Source: an uncultured bacterium (GTDB lineage: Bacteria; Babelota; Babeliae; Babelales; Babelaceae). From it: DNA of 64,000 bases. The notes beneath the pieces were generated by a model, which was not told the origin of the DNA, made no database searches, and saw only the letters and a program-made list of their open reading frames with translations. Both the position numbers and the translations under genes were made by a program. The stretch spans positions 1,408,001-1,472,000 of the forward strand of contig CAWFXL010000001.1 in assembly GCA_963819815.1 (NCBI GenBank), given 5' to 3'. Positions 1-9,801 of the stretch are shown piece by piece. Numbering within the stretch: the first letter of the stretch is position 1; each line of letters starts with the position of its first letter.

Positions 1-1034
1 CATGTTAGGCAGATTGGTTGGATATAGGCCTGCTGTTCTTCTGGACGAAGGTCAACTTGTATATGACTTCTTTTCACCTGCTTTGAAGCGTAGAGAAGAA
101 AAGGAACAAACACTGCTCCAGACAGTGGGTACATATCCAGGTTTTTTCGGTACATCGACTTTGCCCAGCCAAAGGACCACCATTCAACGTGCCCAGGAGA
201 TTGGGTAACGATACCGCGCATTCCCTGGGGAAGAATCTTATTTAGGAGCGGTCGTAGTGGGGCTGTATAACAAAACTCGATTTGCGTTAAAAGTGGGAAC
301 TCTTCCTTGCCCTTGAATGTCCGCTCAGAAAGAAAATATTGACTGGTAAAGATATCGATGCGTTGTATTGCATCAGCAAGCGAATACAGGTTATAGATAC
401 GGCAAAAGGGAGGACGTGCAAAGGTCCTCATCAAGTTTTTGCTGAGAGGGACTCCGATGAGGATAGTTTCATCAATACAAAACGTGTCGTTGCAAAACTC
501 CGTTGCGCGCAAATGAGCAAAGTTTGAAAACATTGTTCCTCCATGACTATAACCGATAAGGCGGACCTTAAGCCGTTCGTTAGCTTTCGTTTTCTCTTGA
601 ATGAGGGTTCTTAGCTCTTGGTAAAAGACCCGCGCGGTTCGTACTCGTTCCTTTTCGCTGATAAGACCCGACCATCCAAAGGTGTAGAACTCATTTTTTT
701 CATTATAACCAAACTGCTTTGCCATTGCGGTATAGAGTTCGCTGAAAATTGCTGCTCCATCTACTGATTGATCAATCGGCGAAACTGCGTGTAATCCGAA
801 CGGTCCAAGGGGCTGGAGCGTATTTGCGTAAGGGTTTTGTCTATGCTTTATCACATTGCGTTCATAGAGAGATCCCTCGATGCAATCCTTCTTAATTAGG
901 TTGAGGGTTCTACCATTGAAGTTTACTCCAAGGCCTATAGTGCCGTGCACAAGGATGGTAACCCATTGTTCCCTTTCTTGTGCATGTGTAGAAATGATAA
1001 AAGTTATACTTAAAAGCGCATAGACTGCTTTCAT
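1..1034 (-). CDS. Secreted alpha/beta-hydrolase (lipase-like), 3' end runs off the window
   Basis: Not in the ORF track. Manual translation from ATG at 1034: MKAVYALLSITFIISTHAQ (signal-like), ILVHGT, FGWSG, and nucleophile elbow LIGYSHGG; frame open as far as read toward the edge. Confidence 0.75.
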   Translation of the reverse strand, partial: MKAVYALLSITFIISTHAQEREQWVTILVHGTIGLGVNFNGRTLNLIKKDCIEGSLYERNVIKHRQNPYANTLQPLGPFGLHAVSPIDQSVDGAAIFSELYTAMAKQFGYNEKNEFYTFGWSGLISEKERVRTARVFYQELRTLIQEKTKANERLKVRLIGYSHGGTMFSNFAHLRATEFCNDTFCIDETILIGVPLSKNLMRTFARPPFCRIYNLYSLADAIQRIDIFTSQYFLSERTFKGKEEFPLLTQIEFCYTAPLRPLLNKILPQGMRGIVTQSPGHVEWWSFGWAKSMYRKNLDMYPLSGAVFVPFLLYASKQVKRSHIQVDLRPEEQQAYIQPICLT

Positions 1035-1180
1035 CGTCCCCCCCGGATTCTTATTTATATTATACAAATATAATTTAATTGGGGTAAAGAGATTTATGTA
1101 ACTTTATAATAGTAATAAATGCTGATGAACTCTTGTATTCTTGGAGGTAGGTGTCGTAGTCTTAACAAAAAGGGACTGCT

Positions 1181-1876
1181 ATGAAGAATACCCTCATGCT
1201 TTGTTTGCGCTCAGTAAGCGGCATTATACGGATTCTTGGGTACATGTTTGGGATATTCTTTTCAGTTCTTAAGGGGATCTGGAGGATTTCACGTCTTGAA
1301 CATCGGCCTGTAACTATCTTTGGGGGATCGCGGTTGCATCCTGAAAGCATCTATATGAAGAAGGCAAGTGAGCTTGCGCATATGCTTGCTGAGTCAGGAA
1401 TTCCCGTTCTTACAGGTGGGGGTCCAGGCATTATGGAAGCGGCAAGTTGTGGTGCTATGGAAACAAAACAACATGTGATTACTGCCGTGGGCATTACGGT
1501 ACCCGATTTAAATGAAGAAACCCTGCCATATTCCTGTAGTCCTGATGTTATCATTATAAATAATTATGCAGCTCGAAAATGGCTACTTATTGAATATTCG
1601 ATAGGATACGTTGTATTTCCCGGCGGTTATGGGACACTGAATGAGTTCTCAGAGGTCCTGACGCTTATTGAAACTAAGCTTCATCTCAAGGTGCCGATTA
1701 TATTAATAGGGCGTGAGTACTGGCAGTCAGTAGTCACCTGGATATCTGATTCAGCAGTAAAACTTGATCTAGTGCCTCAAGAAGATGCTGATCTATTTAC
1801 GCTAACTGATGATATTCACGAGGCATACCATATTCTTATTTCTGCCCATCCACTTACTAAGGGTGTCAAAAAATAA
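1181..1876 (+). CDS. LOG family (TIGR00730-like) nucleotide phosphoribohydrolase
   Basis: VTIFGGSR, TGGGPGIMEA and PGGYGTLNEF (PGGxGTxxE) motifs. Confidence 0.9.
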   Translation: MKNTLMLCLRSVSGIIRILGYMFGIFFSVLKGIWRISRLEHRPVTIFGGSRLHPESIYMKKASELAHMLAESGIPVLTGGGPGIMEAASCGAMETKQHVITAVGITVPDLNEETLPYSCSPDVIIINNYAARKWLLIEYSIGYVVFPGGYGTLNEFSEVLTLIETKLHLKVPIILIGREYWQSVVTWISDSAVKLDLVPQEDADLFTLTDDIHEAYHILISAHPLTKGVKK

Positions 1877-1927
1877 ACAAGTTTGCTAGACACTTCTTTC
1901 AAGCTCTCTTTTGCGAGTGCACACGTA

Positions 1928-3487
1928 TCAGGTATCTTGGGTGCGGTGCTGGGCGAGCAGTTCTTTCTTATTGACCTTGCCTGTTGAGGTTACAGGAAGG
2001 TCCCGTTGAAGATAGAACTGACGCGGTATTTTATAGGGGGCGAGGTTCCTTTGGCACAGGCTTCTGAGCGCTGTAATGATCTCTTCATAGTTGGCTTCAG
2101 GCTCTTTGGTGCCTATGAAGGCAATAGGAATCTCTTCATCATTATTTTTAATGCCGATGACCCCGGCTTGCAACACTGCAGGATAGGAAAGAAGGACATT
2201 CTCCACCTCTTGTGGATAGATCTTCAGACCTTTGTTACTTATAAGTTCACGCTCGCGTCCTGCTAAGACAATTTTGCCATCTTTTGTAAGATAGGCCAGG
2301 TCGCCCGTATTAAGCCATCCCTGTTCTATAATATGCGCCGTTGCTTCCGGAGCATTATAGTATCCCTTCATAAGGTTATCTCCAGAAACCCAGAGGGTGC
2401 CGATTTCTCCTACAGGAAGCGTGGCTCCCCGTTCGTCTTTAATTATGCAGGTAATTCCTGGAAATGCTTTGCCCACACATCCTGCGGGGGTGGTAACATC
2501 GTCAAGATCGACCGAGATGAAAGGAGAGGTTTCTGTAAGTCCATAGCCATTACCAATTTTTCTGCCATAGATGAGGCCAAAGAAGCCACGAATTTTATCA
2601 GAGAGAGCATCTCCTCCTGACACGAAATATTTTACATCGGGAAACTGCAAATTTTTAAGTATGCAAAAAAGGCCAAAGAGCGCAGGAACCGCGATGATGA
2701 GCGTTGGTTTATGTTCGATACCTTTGATAAGAGAACGGCGATCGATTTTAGGGACGATAATTGCCGTAGCACCAACGACCATGATTGCCCAGACACAAAT
2801 GTTTTGAGGAAGGCTATGAAAGAGTGGTAACGGACAAAATACTCGTTCGTTTTTTGCAACTTCGAAAGCCGATACCCCTTGGAGTGTGTTGGTGACGATA
2901 TTCTTTGAGGAGACCATCACTCCCTTAGGAAACCCAGTTGTGCCTGAGGTATATAAGATAGCAACAATATCATCTCCTGATAAGGACTGTGGCTCTTCTT
3001 CAGTATCAAAAGGATCAACGGCTTTGGGTAAAGGGCTCGTTATATCAATATCGCTTATGAGAGGAGGAAGTGGCCCAGCGGGGTACTTTTCGAGTTTCTC
3101 AAGAAGCGTGGGTGATACGATCAGAATTTTTGGTTGTGCTTCTGCTATGATTTGGAATAGTTCCTTTTCACTGAGAAACACATTTAAGGGGACTACGATA
3201 CCGCCTGCATGCCAGACGGCAAAGTAGGCTATATAAAATGAAACAGAGTTTTCATAGTAGAGAATGACGCGCTCATCTTTACGGACACCATATTCTCGTA
3301 GCTTATGGGCAAGAAGTTTTGACCGAAGATAGACTTCTTTATAGGTTAAAGAATCATCATCACAGATAACCATAGTACGTTGTGGCCATAAATGAGCAGC
3401 TCGCTTAAGCAGATCATATGCATGAGTGAGCTTGCCATCAACAGAAAAGGATGCGTAGAGCTTTTCAAACCTTTGTTGTTCAGTCAT
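1928..3487 (-). CDS. Long-chain fatty acid-CoA ligase (AMP-binding family)
   Basis: YTSGTTGFPKG AMP-binding loop, GYGLTE, TGDLA, PVTSTGKV; start moved to MTEQ at 3487, overlapping the ferredoxin stop. Confidence 0.9.
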   Translation of the reverse strand: MTEQQRFEKLYASFSVDGKLTHAYDLLKRAAHLWPQRTMVICDDDSLTYKEVYLRSKLLAHKLREYGVRKDERVILYYENSVSFYIAYFAVWHAGGIVVPLNVFLSEKELFQIIAEAQPKILIVSPTLLEKLEKYPAGPLPPLISDIDITSPLPKAVDPFDTEEEPQSLSGDDIVAILYTSGTTGFPKGVMVSSKNIVTNTLQGVSAFEVAKNERVFCPLPLFHSLPQNICVWAIMVVGATAIIVPKIDRRSLIKGIEHKPTLIIAVPALFGLFCILKNLQFPDVKYFVSGGDALSDKIRGFFGLIYGRKIGNGYGLTETSPFISVDLDDVTTPAGCVGKAFPGITCIIKDERGATLPVGEIGTLWVSGDNLMKGYYNAPEATAHIIEQGWLNTGDLAYLTKDGKIVLAGRERELISNKGLKIYPQEVENVLLSYPAVLQAGVIGIKNNDEEIPIAFIGTKEPEANYEEIITALRSLCQRNLAPYKIPRQFYLQRDLPVTSTGKVNKKELLAQHRTQDT

Positions 3488-3693
3488 CGTGTCTCGGCAA
3501 GTTTTATGACCTGGACAGGGCATGCGGCAGCCGCTTTTTTTATACGTTCTTGATGTGCCTCAAAGTCACCAGATGGATTGACCCTTGATTGATCAGTTAC
3601 CTCAAATATTTCCGGCGCAATAAATTGGCAGGAACCACAAGCTATACAGCCTGGTTCAATTGATGGCCGGAGGATAGGTTTAGAAGTTTTCAA
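3484..3693 (-). CDS. Ferredoxin (single Fe-S cluster type)
   Basis: CIACGSC...APEIF...AAAACPVQVI. Confidence 0.9.
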   Translation of the reverse strand: MKTSKPILRPSIEPGCIACGSCQFIAPEIFEVTDQSRVNPSGDFEAHQERIKKAAAACPVQVIKLAETR

Positions 3694-3800
3694 GTTGACC
3701 TCTCGATCCTTAACAGCTAGCCTTATGAGAAAGGGTTACCCAAAGTTTCTCCTTAGGTGATAGGCAGTATACTAAGAATCGACAAACAACGGTAGAGGTT

Positions 3801-4454
3801 ATGCACACTTATTCTTCACAAGGGATTCTGATCACCTTTGAAGGGATTGACGGTTCAGGGAAAACTTCTGCTGCTCATGCTTTATATACCTATTTAAAAG
3901 GGCGCTGCCCTGCCATTCTTACCCGAGAGCCTGGAGGTACTGAGTTTGGGAAGATTCTTCGTACTCTCTTGCAGGGGCGAACCTTTGAACTTGATCCAAA
4001 GGCCGAATACCTCTTATTTGCTGCTGATCGTACACAACACATGCAAGAGCTGGTGCTACCTGCGTTGAGCGAAGGGAAGATAGTTATATCAGATCGTATG
4101 GCTGATTCTTCTTATGCATATCAAGGGTATGGACGGGGAGTAACCCCAGCCATGATTCATGCGATTAATCAGTGGGCTATGCAGGGACGCGAGCCAGATG
4201 TAACAGTCTATGTTATGATTTCTTATGCGGAAGCACGTAAACGTTTAGGGACCAGAAATGAACAAAAAACAGTATTTGAGCGCGAGCAAGAAGAATTTTT
4301 TGAACGTGTGGCACAAGGTTTTGAGGCTGCATTTGCGTTACGGTCACCTGAAAGTATTATTATGAGAGTCGATGGGCACCAGGAGCAAGAACAGGTACAT
4401 GCCGAAATTATTAGGCTCATAGAGCAGTATCTTACACAACGTGGGTTGTTATGA
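3801..4454 (+). CDS. tmk: Thymidylate kinase
   Basis: FEGIDGSGKT, TREPGGT, SDRMADSSYAYQG. Confidence 0.97.
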   Translation: MHTYSSQGILITFEGIDGSGKTSAAHALYTYLKGRCPAILTREPGGTEFGKILRTLLQGRTFELDPKAEYLLFAADRTQHMQELVLPALSEGKIVISDRMADSSYAYQGYGRGVTPAMIHAINQWAMQGREPDVTVYVMISYAEARKRLGTRNEQKTVFEREQEEFFERVAQGFEAAFALRSPESIIMRVDGHQEQEQVHAEIIRLIEQYLTQRGLL

Positions 4455-5173
4455 CTATTCAGCATCAGGCGTATTTGTGGATAGGTGCAGAGGAAGAGCT
4501 GCGTCTAAAGACTATTGCATTTGTCCAAAGGGTTTTCTGCACCCAAGAAGGGTGCGGATCCTGTCATACTTGTAAGGCTATCATTGAAAAGCGCCATTAC
4601 GGTATAACATGGCTCGTGCCTGAGAATTATTACACACTTAAGCAGCTTGAACCGTTGTTTCATGTGATAAGCTTTGCCTTAGATCCTCAAGAAAAGCATA
4701 TTATTATCATTGAGCGCGCAGATCTTCTTACGACTGCCTGTGCAAATAGCCTTCTTAAATCTCTTGAAGAGCCGCCTCAAGGGTACCATTTCATTCTATT
4801 GGCTCCTCGCACTGATGGGATATTATCGACTATTGCTTCTCGATGTGTAAAGGATGAAACAACCTCACGGACATCAAGTACGGCTCATAGATTGTTACCC
4901 TATTTTACGCAGCTTAGTGTTTCCTTGGCTGGTGAGCTTATCAAGGAAATTGAAAAAGAACGGGTACCTGAGCATGAGATAGCCTATCTTCTTGATGGGT
5001 GCATGCTGTATTGGCACGGCCGTTTTGTCGAATCTCTTAAAAAAGGAGATTCTCCTATGGCTCAAAAAGCTGGTGCTGTGAGGGATATCATTGAACGAGC
5101 TCGGGAAAAGATGCCCATGCCCGGTAGCTCGAAGCTTTTCTTAAAGAACTTATTTTTATCGATAACTCTGTGA
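4451..5173 (+). CDS. holB: DNA polymerase III delta' subunit (short, divergent)
   Basis: C-x4-CGSCHTC zinc motif, ANSLLKSLEEPP, TIASRC; tmk-holB synteny. Confidence 0.85.
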   Translation: MTIQHQAYLWIGAEEELRLKTIAFVQRVFCTQEGCGSCHTCKAIIEKRHYGITWLVPENYYTLKQLEPLFHVISFALDPQEKHIIIIERADLLTTACANSLLKSLEEPPQGYHFILLAPRTDGILSTIASRCVKDETTSRTSSTAHRLLPYFTQLSVSLAGELIKEIEKERVPEHEIAYLLDGCMLYWHGRFVESLKKGDSPMAQKAGAVRDIIERAREKMPMPGSSKLFLKNLFLSITL

Positions 5174-5307
5174 AATACCAGAAACCAAAAAAAACGACAA
5201 TCATCCCAGTAAACTAAAACCGGTATTTCTTGCGAAACGGTACTGCGCAATGCTAGGCTAGAGCATATATACTACCTGTTGCTCACAAAGTCTGATAAGG
5301 AGATTCT

Positions 5308-6111
5308 ATGAAAAGAGTATTAGGCACCATAAGCATATGTTTGAGTATTGCTGCTTTTTGCGAAGCTACCTCTTTATCCGATTTTGATTATGGGGCTGCA
5401 TGGGTTTTACCCATAGCTTTTATATCCGATACCAAGATGGCACCAGCTGATTATATAATCCTTGGAAGAGAAGCTTTTGGCGATGATTCAGGGACCTATG
5501 ATGCCTTTGGAGGGAAAAGAGATCGCGCTGAAGAGAAACACTGTATTGATACTGCTGCGCGAGAATTTGCTGAAGAGGCTCTCTCCCATGAAACTCTTGG
5601 CATGTCACATCATGAAGTTAAGCACTACCTTGAACTCGCTCAAGGAAACACGCTGGCCATTCTTGCTATCCATGATCATAAATACCATGCACGTACAGTA
5701 ACCTATGTTACGCGGTTTTCTCAGGATAGTATTCAAAGGCTTATAATGAACTTCCCCGCAGCGAGGGCGAAAGCTCATCATCATCATGAAAAGGAAAAGG
5801 ACGCGCTTGCTTTAGTAAAACTCTCTGATTTTGAGCAGGCAGTACAAGCAGCTTCAAGCAACTCGGGGGTGACTGTTGCTGCAACCGTAGTGGATCTCCA
5901 GGGTACTACATCTCAAGAGATAATACCGCTGCGGCCTATATTTGTACGGTTATTAAGATGCTATGTTGAAAACAAGCCCTATCAGGAAGGTGATGATTCT
6001 CGTATTCGCTTTTATACGATCGGATCTGATTCAAGAATGGCAAAAACCAGGCTAACGCGCGGTAGTTGGACGAGCGAACGTCCCACACGAAATAGTTTAC
6101 GTTATAAGTAA
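5308..6111 (+). CDS. Secreted Nudix-like hydrolase
   Basis: N-terminal signal-like segment; IILGRE...FGGKRDRAEEKHCIDTAAREFAEE resembles a Nudix box. Confidence 0.7.
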   Translation: MKRVLGTISICLSIAAFCEATSLSDFDYGAAWVLPIAFISDTKMAPADYIILGREAFGDDSGTYDAFGGKRDRAEEKHCIDTAAREFAEEALSHETLGMSHHEVKHYLELAQGNTLAILAIHDHKYHARTVTYVTRFSQDSIQRLIMNFPAARAKAHHHHEKEKDALALVKLSDFEQAVQAASSNSGVTVAATVVDLQGTTSQEIIPLRPIFVRLLRCYVENKPYQEGDDSRIRFYTIGSDSRMAKTRLTRGSWTSERPTRNSLRYK

Positions 6112-6237
6112 TTCGTCTTTCAAATTTTGTCTCGACAACCCTTGCCTTATACTTGTCAAATATGTTATTTTAAAAATGTAGATAATTGTTGGTTGTGCGG
6201 AAAAAACCAATCTAACTATATAAAAAAAGGAAACTCC

Positions 6238-6363
6238 ATGAAAACAATGTATCTGATATTAACCCTTATAGGTTTGAGTTGTGTTGCAAGTCTTTCTGCT
6301 ATAGAGAGTACGAATAATAATAGTATTGCGAACTATATCAAAACCAAATATTGTGGTAATTAA
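6238..6363 (+). CDS. Small secreted peptide (41 aa)
   Basis: AAAGGAA RBS before ATG 6238; MKTMYLILTLIGLSCVASLSA signal-like; followed by a terminator. Confidence 0.5.
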   Translation: MKTMYLILTLIGLSCVASLSAIESTNNNSIANYIKTKYCGN

Positions 6364-6397
6364 ACCTCTGTAATTGTTTTTAAGTATCGCGTTGTTG

Positions 6398-6425
6398 AAA
6401 GGTCCATGCCAATGGACCTTTTTTT
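6398..6425 (+). terminator. Rho-independent terminator
   Basis: AAAGGTCCAT-GCCA-ATGGACCTTT followed by a T tract, between convergent genes. Confidence 0.8.
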
Positions 6426-6494
6426 CTCGGGTAGTTTTGCTTTTTTTGTGGGTTCTAAAATTCCGGAATGTGTCGTAGCAGAGAAGAGCTGAAA

Positions 6495-7031
6495 CTAGCG
6501 CGCCAAGAGATATTTTTTTATGAGGGTATATTCTGCACCCGTTTGCTCAGTGCGTGAAGAGAACAGTGAAAATGAGGTAACTTCCCATGAAAGTAGTGCT
6601 ATTTCAATACTTTCAATGAGCCCTTTGAGCGCAGCTTTATTAGGTACTTTCTTAAGGCGAGCGATAGTGCAATGTCCGGTAAATGATCGGGTTTCTTGAT
6701 AGTCAGGTAGCTCCTTGCAAAGGGTAGCATACAGATCTGATAGCCCATTGTTTGACAGAGTTACCCAGATAAGGTGGGGCGAAGACCAGCGAGGAACTTG
6801 GATCTGCTCGAGCTCGGTGAAAAATGGTGGATAGCGTATCGTGGAAAGTAGATTGATGAGTGCTCTAAGTTCCTGCTCGGTGAGGTTACCCAAAAAGAGA
6901 AGAGTACAATGAAGATTATCAGGCTTTACCCAAGAGGCGGTACAGACCTGAGCCTCTGAAATGATATGTTGGATACGTAGCAGCTCTATGCTTACTTGGG
7001 AAGGAAGCTCTATTCCGATGAAGTACCGCAT
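6495..7031 (-). CDS. thpR: RNA 2',3'-cyclic phosphodiesterase (2H family, LigT/ThpR)
   Basis: MRYFIGI start, two HxT motifs (NLHCTLLFLG, GHCTIAR), C-terminal GAEY. Confidence 0.9.
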   Translation of the reverse strand: MRYFIGIELPSQVSIELLRIQHIISEAQVCTASWVKPDNLHCTLLFLGNLTEQELRALINLLSTIRYPPFFTELEQIQVPRWSSPHLIWVTLSNNGLSDLYATLCKELPDYQETRSFTGHCTIARLKKVPNKAALKGLIESIEIALLSWEVTSFSLFSSRTEQTGAEYTLIKKYLLAR

Positions 7032-7035
7032 TGGT

Positions 7036-8496
7036 TTATCCGCCTTTTATAACAGCGATCGGTTTTACTCGAGCCACACGTCTTGCAAGCCCTGCATGCT
7101 CAACGACTTGGACGACATTGTCGACATCTTTATAAGCTATAGGAGCCTCTTCGGCAAGACCTGGATCTGACTCGCAGCGAATAATAATACCCTGCAGCTC
7201 AAGCTCTTGGCGTAGGGTGCTGCCACGAACAGACCTCTTGGCTTTTATGCGAGACATGCGGCGTCCAGCTCCATGACAGCATGAGCCGAATGCCTTTTCC
7301 AAACCTGTTTCAGTGCCTACAAGTACATAGGATGAGGTTCCCATAGTTCCTGGAATAAGTACCGGATGTCCTGTTTGAGCATATGCTGAGGGCAGCTCCT
7401 TCCTACCTTTTGGAAAGGCACGTGTAGCACCTTTTCGGTGTACAATAAGTTCTTTGTGCTTTCCATGTACAAGATGTGTTTCTTTTTTGCCCATATTATG
7501 GGAAAGATCATAGATCGTTCTCAGTTGGACCGTTTGGCCGATTATTTTTTCAAAACATTCGCGTACCCAATGTCCAATGAGATGTCGGTTTGCCCAAGCA
7601 AAGTTTGCAGAAGCACACATCGATGCATAATAGGCTTGCCCTTCTTGAGAAGTGAAAGGAGCACAGGCAAGCTCTTTATCTGGAAGTACAATACCCCATG
7701 AATCAAGCTTGGGTAACATGGCGCGTACATAATCGGTGCAATTCTGATGACCAAGACCACGAGATCCGCAGTGGATCATGACGGTTACCATGCCTTGAGT
7801 AAGGCCAAAAACCTGTGCTATCTTTTCATCGTAGATTTCTACAATTTCTTGGACTTCAAGAAAGTGATTTCCTGAGCCGAGTGTACCTAGCTGATCATGA
7901 CCTCTATGTTTCGCTTTTTCAGATACATAGTCAGGATCTGCTTCTGACATACTGCCGCCCTCTTCACAATGTTCAATATCTGCAGGAGTTCCGTACCCCA
8001 TCTTGAGCATATGGGGAGCGCCTTTTCGCAAGATAGTATCGAGCTCTTTTAGAGAAAGTTTTAACTTGCCACCGCGCCCAACCCCAGATGGTATTGCATG
8101 ATATAAAGCTGTAGCAAGCTCTTCAAGGTAGGGTTTAAGCTCTTGAGCAAACATATTAACGCCTATGAGGCGAACGCCGCAATTAATATCATAGCCGATG
8201 CCGCCTGGAGAAATGATCCCTTGGTTAGCTATGTCAAAAGCAGCAACTCCACCTATAGGAAATCCATAGCCTTGATGTATGTCGGGCATAGCAAGAGCAT
8301 AGTTAACAATACCTGGCAAGGTAGCAACGTTTACAATTTGTTGTAACGATGTGTCATGAAGTACCTCATCAAGCATGGCATCATTAATAAATATATGGGC
8401 CGGCACACGCATATCAGAACGATAGAACTTTGGAATTTCATAGAGAGAGTTGGTTACTTTGATGAGTTGCTCTTTACTAAATGTTGATTCTTCCAT
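7036..8496 (-). CDS. rtcB: RtcB RNA ligase (archaeal/eukaryal-like long form)
   Basis: MPDIHQGYGFPIGGV, GYDINCG, GSGNHFLE, HCGSRGLG, HRKGAT, HGAGR, EEAPIAYKD. Confidence 0.97.
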   Translation of the reverse strand: MEESTFSKEQLIKVTNSLYEIPKFYRSDMRVPAHIFINDAMLDEVLHDTSLQQIVNVATLPGIVNYALAMPDIHQGYGFPIGGVAAFDIANQGIISPGGIGYDINCGVRLIGVNMFAQELKPYLEELATALYHAIPSGVGRGGKLKLSLKELDTILRKGAPHMLKMGYGTPADIEHCEEGGSMSEADPDYVSEKAKHRGHDQLGTLGSGNHFLEVQEIVEIYDEKIAQVFGLTQGMVTVMIHCGSRGLGHQNCTDYVRAMLPKLDSWGIVLPDKELACAPFTSQEGQAYYASMCASANFAWANRHLIGHWVRECFEKIIGQTVQLRTIYDLSHNMGKKETHLVHGKHKELIVHRKGATRAFPKGRKELPSAYAQTGHPVLIPGTMGTSSYVLVGTETGLEKAFGSCCHGAGRRMSRIKAKRSVRGSTLRQELELQGIIIRCESDPGLAEEAPIAYKDVDNVVQVVEHAGLARRVARVKPIAVIKGG

Positions 8497-8510
8497 CAAG
8501 GGTTCCTTTT

Positions 8511-8954
8511 TTAAATATCGAAAACAATAGTTGCCCGCCAGATGCCATCAAGGTGCTCAAAGGTGAGGTCATGATAGGTTACTGCTTTGATCTCGACAAC
8601 TTCAAAGCCCGTAATGGCAACTCCGAAAAGTACTGCTTCAAGCTCAGTATCTGAGAAGTCTGAAAACCGAGCATCTAGATAGGCTTCATTATGAATATCC
8701 GATAAATAGAGAGCCTCTGATAAGAAGTCGACCAAAAGTGTTTCTCTATCGGGAGAATGAACAACGACTTTTCTTTCAGAGGTATAGGTAGTTACCTTAA
8801 GCTCATCGTGTTCATACCTAATGTGGGTACTTTGTGGCTTAATACTCGCAAACATGCCTCGCAATGCATTACGAAAGACCTCGGTAAGAGTAATGCCATA
8901 TGCATAGATCTTGAGGTCTGCTGTATGCGGAACTATTTCATACTCTTTATTCAT
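8511..8954 (-). CDS. Archease
   Basis: YEIVPHTAD, LLVDFLSEAL, EIKAVTYH, C-terminal IVFDI. Confidence 0.95.
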   Translation of the reverse strand: MNKEYEIVPHTADLKIYAYGITLTEVFRNALRGMFASIKPQSTHIRYEHDELKVTTYTSERKVVVHSPDRETLLVDFLSEALYLSDIHNEAYLDARFSDFSDTELEAVLFGVAITGFEVVEIKAVTYHDLTFEHLDGIWRATIVFDI

Positions 8955-9240
8955 GCTACTCCTTGAAGATTTGTTGCAGCGTAGCACATTCCTAAGGATT
9001 CTATCAAGGATTGTGGGGCTTCTTTTTTTAAGCTGAAGATGACACTTTGTGGATGGAGTCTAGCTTTGGAGATCTTGTGAAAAAGCTTGATTCCAATTGG
9101 TTAAAAATCGAATAAAGTTCTTCAGATGGTTGGATATTGTTTTTTATGCTGAATGTATCAACTGGAGGAAAGAAGTTTCATACTGTGGTATTATGCACGT
9201 ATAGTGCTAGTGAGGCGAAAACATAGGTATAGAGATTGGG

Positions 9241-9295
9241 CAATGTTTTCGATCTGAAAATATTGTTGACTTTTTTATTTAAAATTGTGTATGAT
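9241..9295 (+). promoter_or_regulatory. Sigma70-like promoter with abutting inverted repeat
   Basis: TTGACT(9266)-N18-TATGAT(9290); CAATGTTTTC-N5-GAAAATATTG immediately upstream of the -35. Confidence 0.45.
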
Positions 9296-9329
9296 TTAAT
9301 ATATACTCATAAAGTTGAAAGGACATCCT

Positions 9330-9683
9330 ATGAACAAGAAATTACTAGCATGTGGCCTCGTAAGTCTGGGCTTTAGCCTCAGTTTACTGGCTATGAATGT
9401 ACCAAGCCAGGGTACAGGAGTTGCAGCACAATCTACTATGCCCTCACCCCTGAAAATTGATTCAATCAAAAGTGCCCTAATGCAGTTATACCAGGAGCTG
9501 TCAATTGCACGTGCTGATGTAGAGCGGTTAAAATCGGCAAATCCCGAAAGTCTTTCTGAAGCAGATAAAGCCCAACTTGCATTAGTAGAGCAGCGTGTTG
9601 CTCAACTTCAAAAAGAAATACTTGGCCGCAAAGCGGTAATGAGTGCCATGATTAACTTGCTGAAAAAAGCTCCTAATTCTTAA
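9330..9683 (+). CDS. Hypothetical secreted coiled-coil protein
   Basis: AAAGGA RBS; MNKKLLACGLVSLGFSLSLLA signal; helical heptads. Confidence 0.7.
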   Translation: MNKKLLACGLVSLGFSLSLLAMNVPSQGTGVAAQSTMPSPLKIDSIKSALMQLYQELSIARADVERLKSANPESLSEADKAQLALVEQRVAQLQKEILGRKAVMSAMINLLKKAPNS

Positions 9684-9801
9684 GCAGAGCTTAGCAGCAG
9701 CCTGATGATGATCCAAGCGTCTTTTAAAGGAAACGGGAAGGGGCAGGATCTCACCTTATTAACGGAACATAACAATAAAAAAAGATGAAAATGGAGCATA
9801 C

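Noticed and set aside
2006..3227. Numerous short ORFs antisense to or overlapping long genes, here and throughout the ORF track
   Set aside because: Shadow ORFs of well-supported genes, without RBS or motifs
9702..9734. Hammerhead ribozyme core (CTGATGA...GAAAC)
   Set aside because: No pairable stem II between the motifs and no stem III/cleavage triplet could be formed
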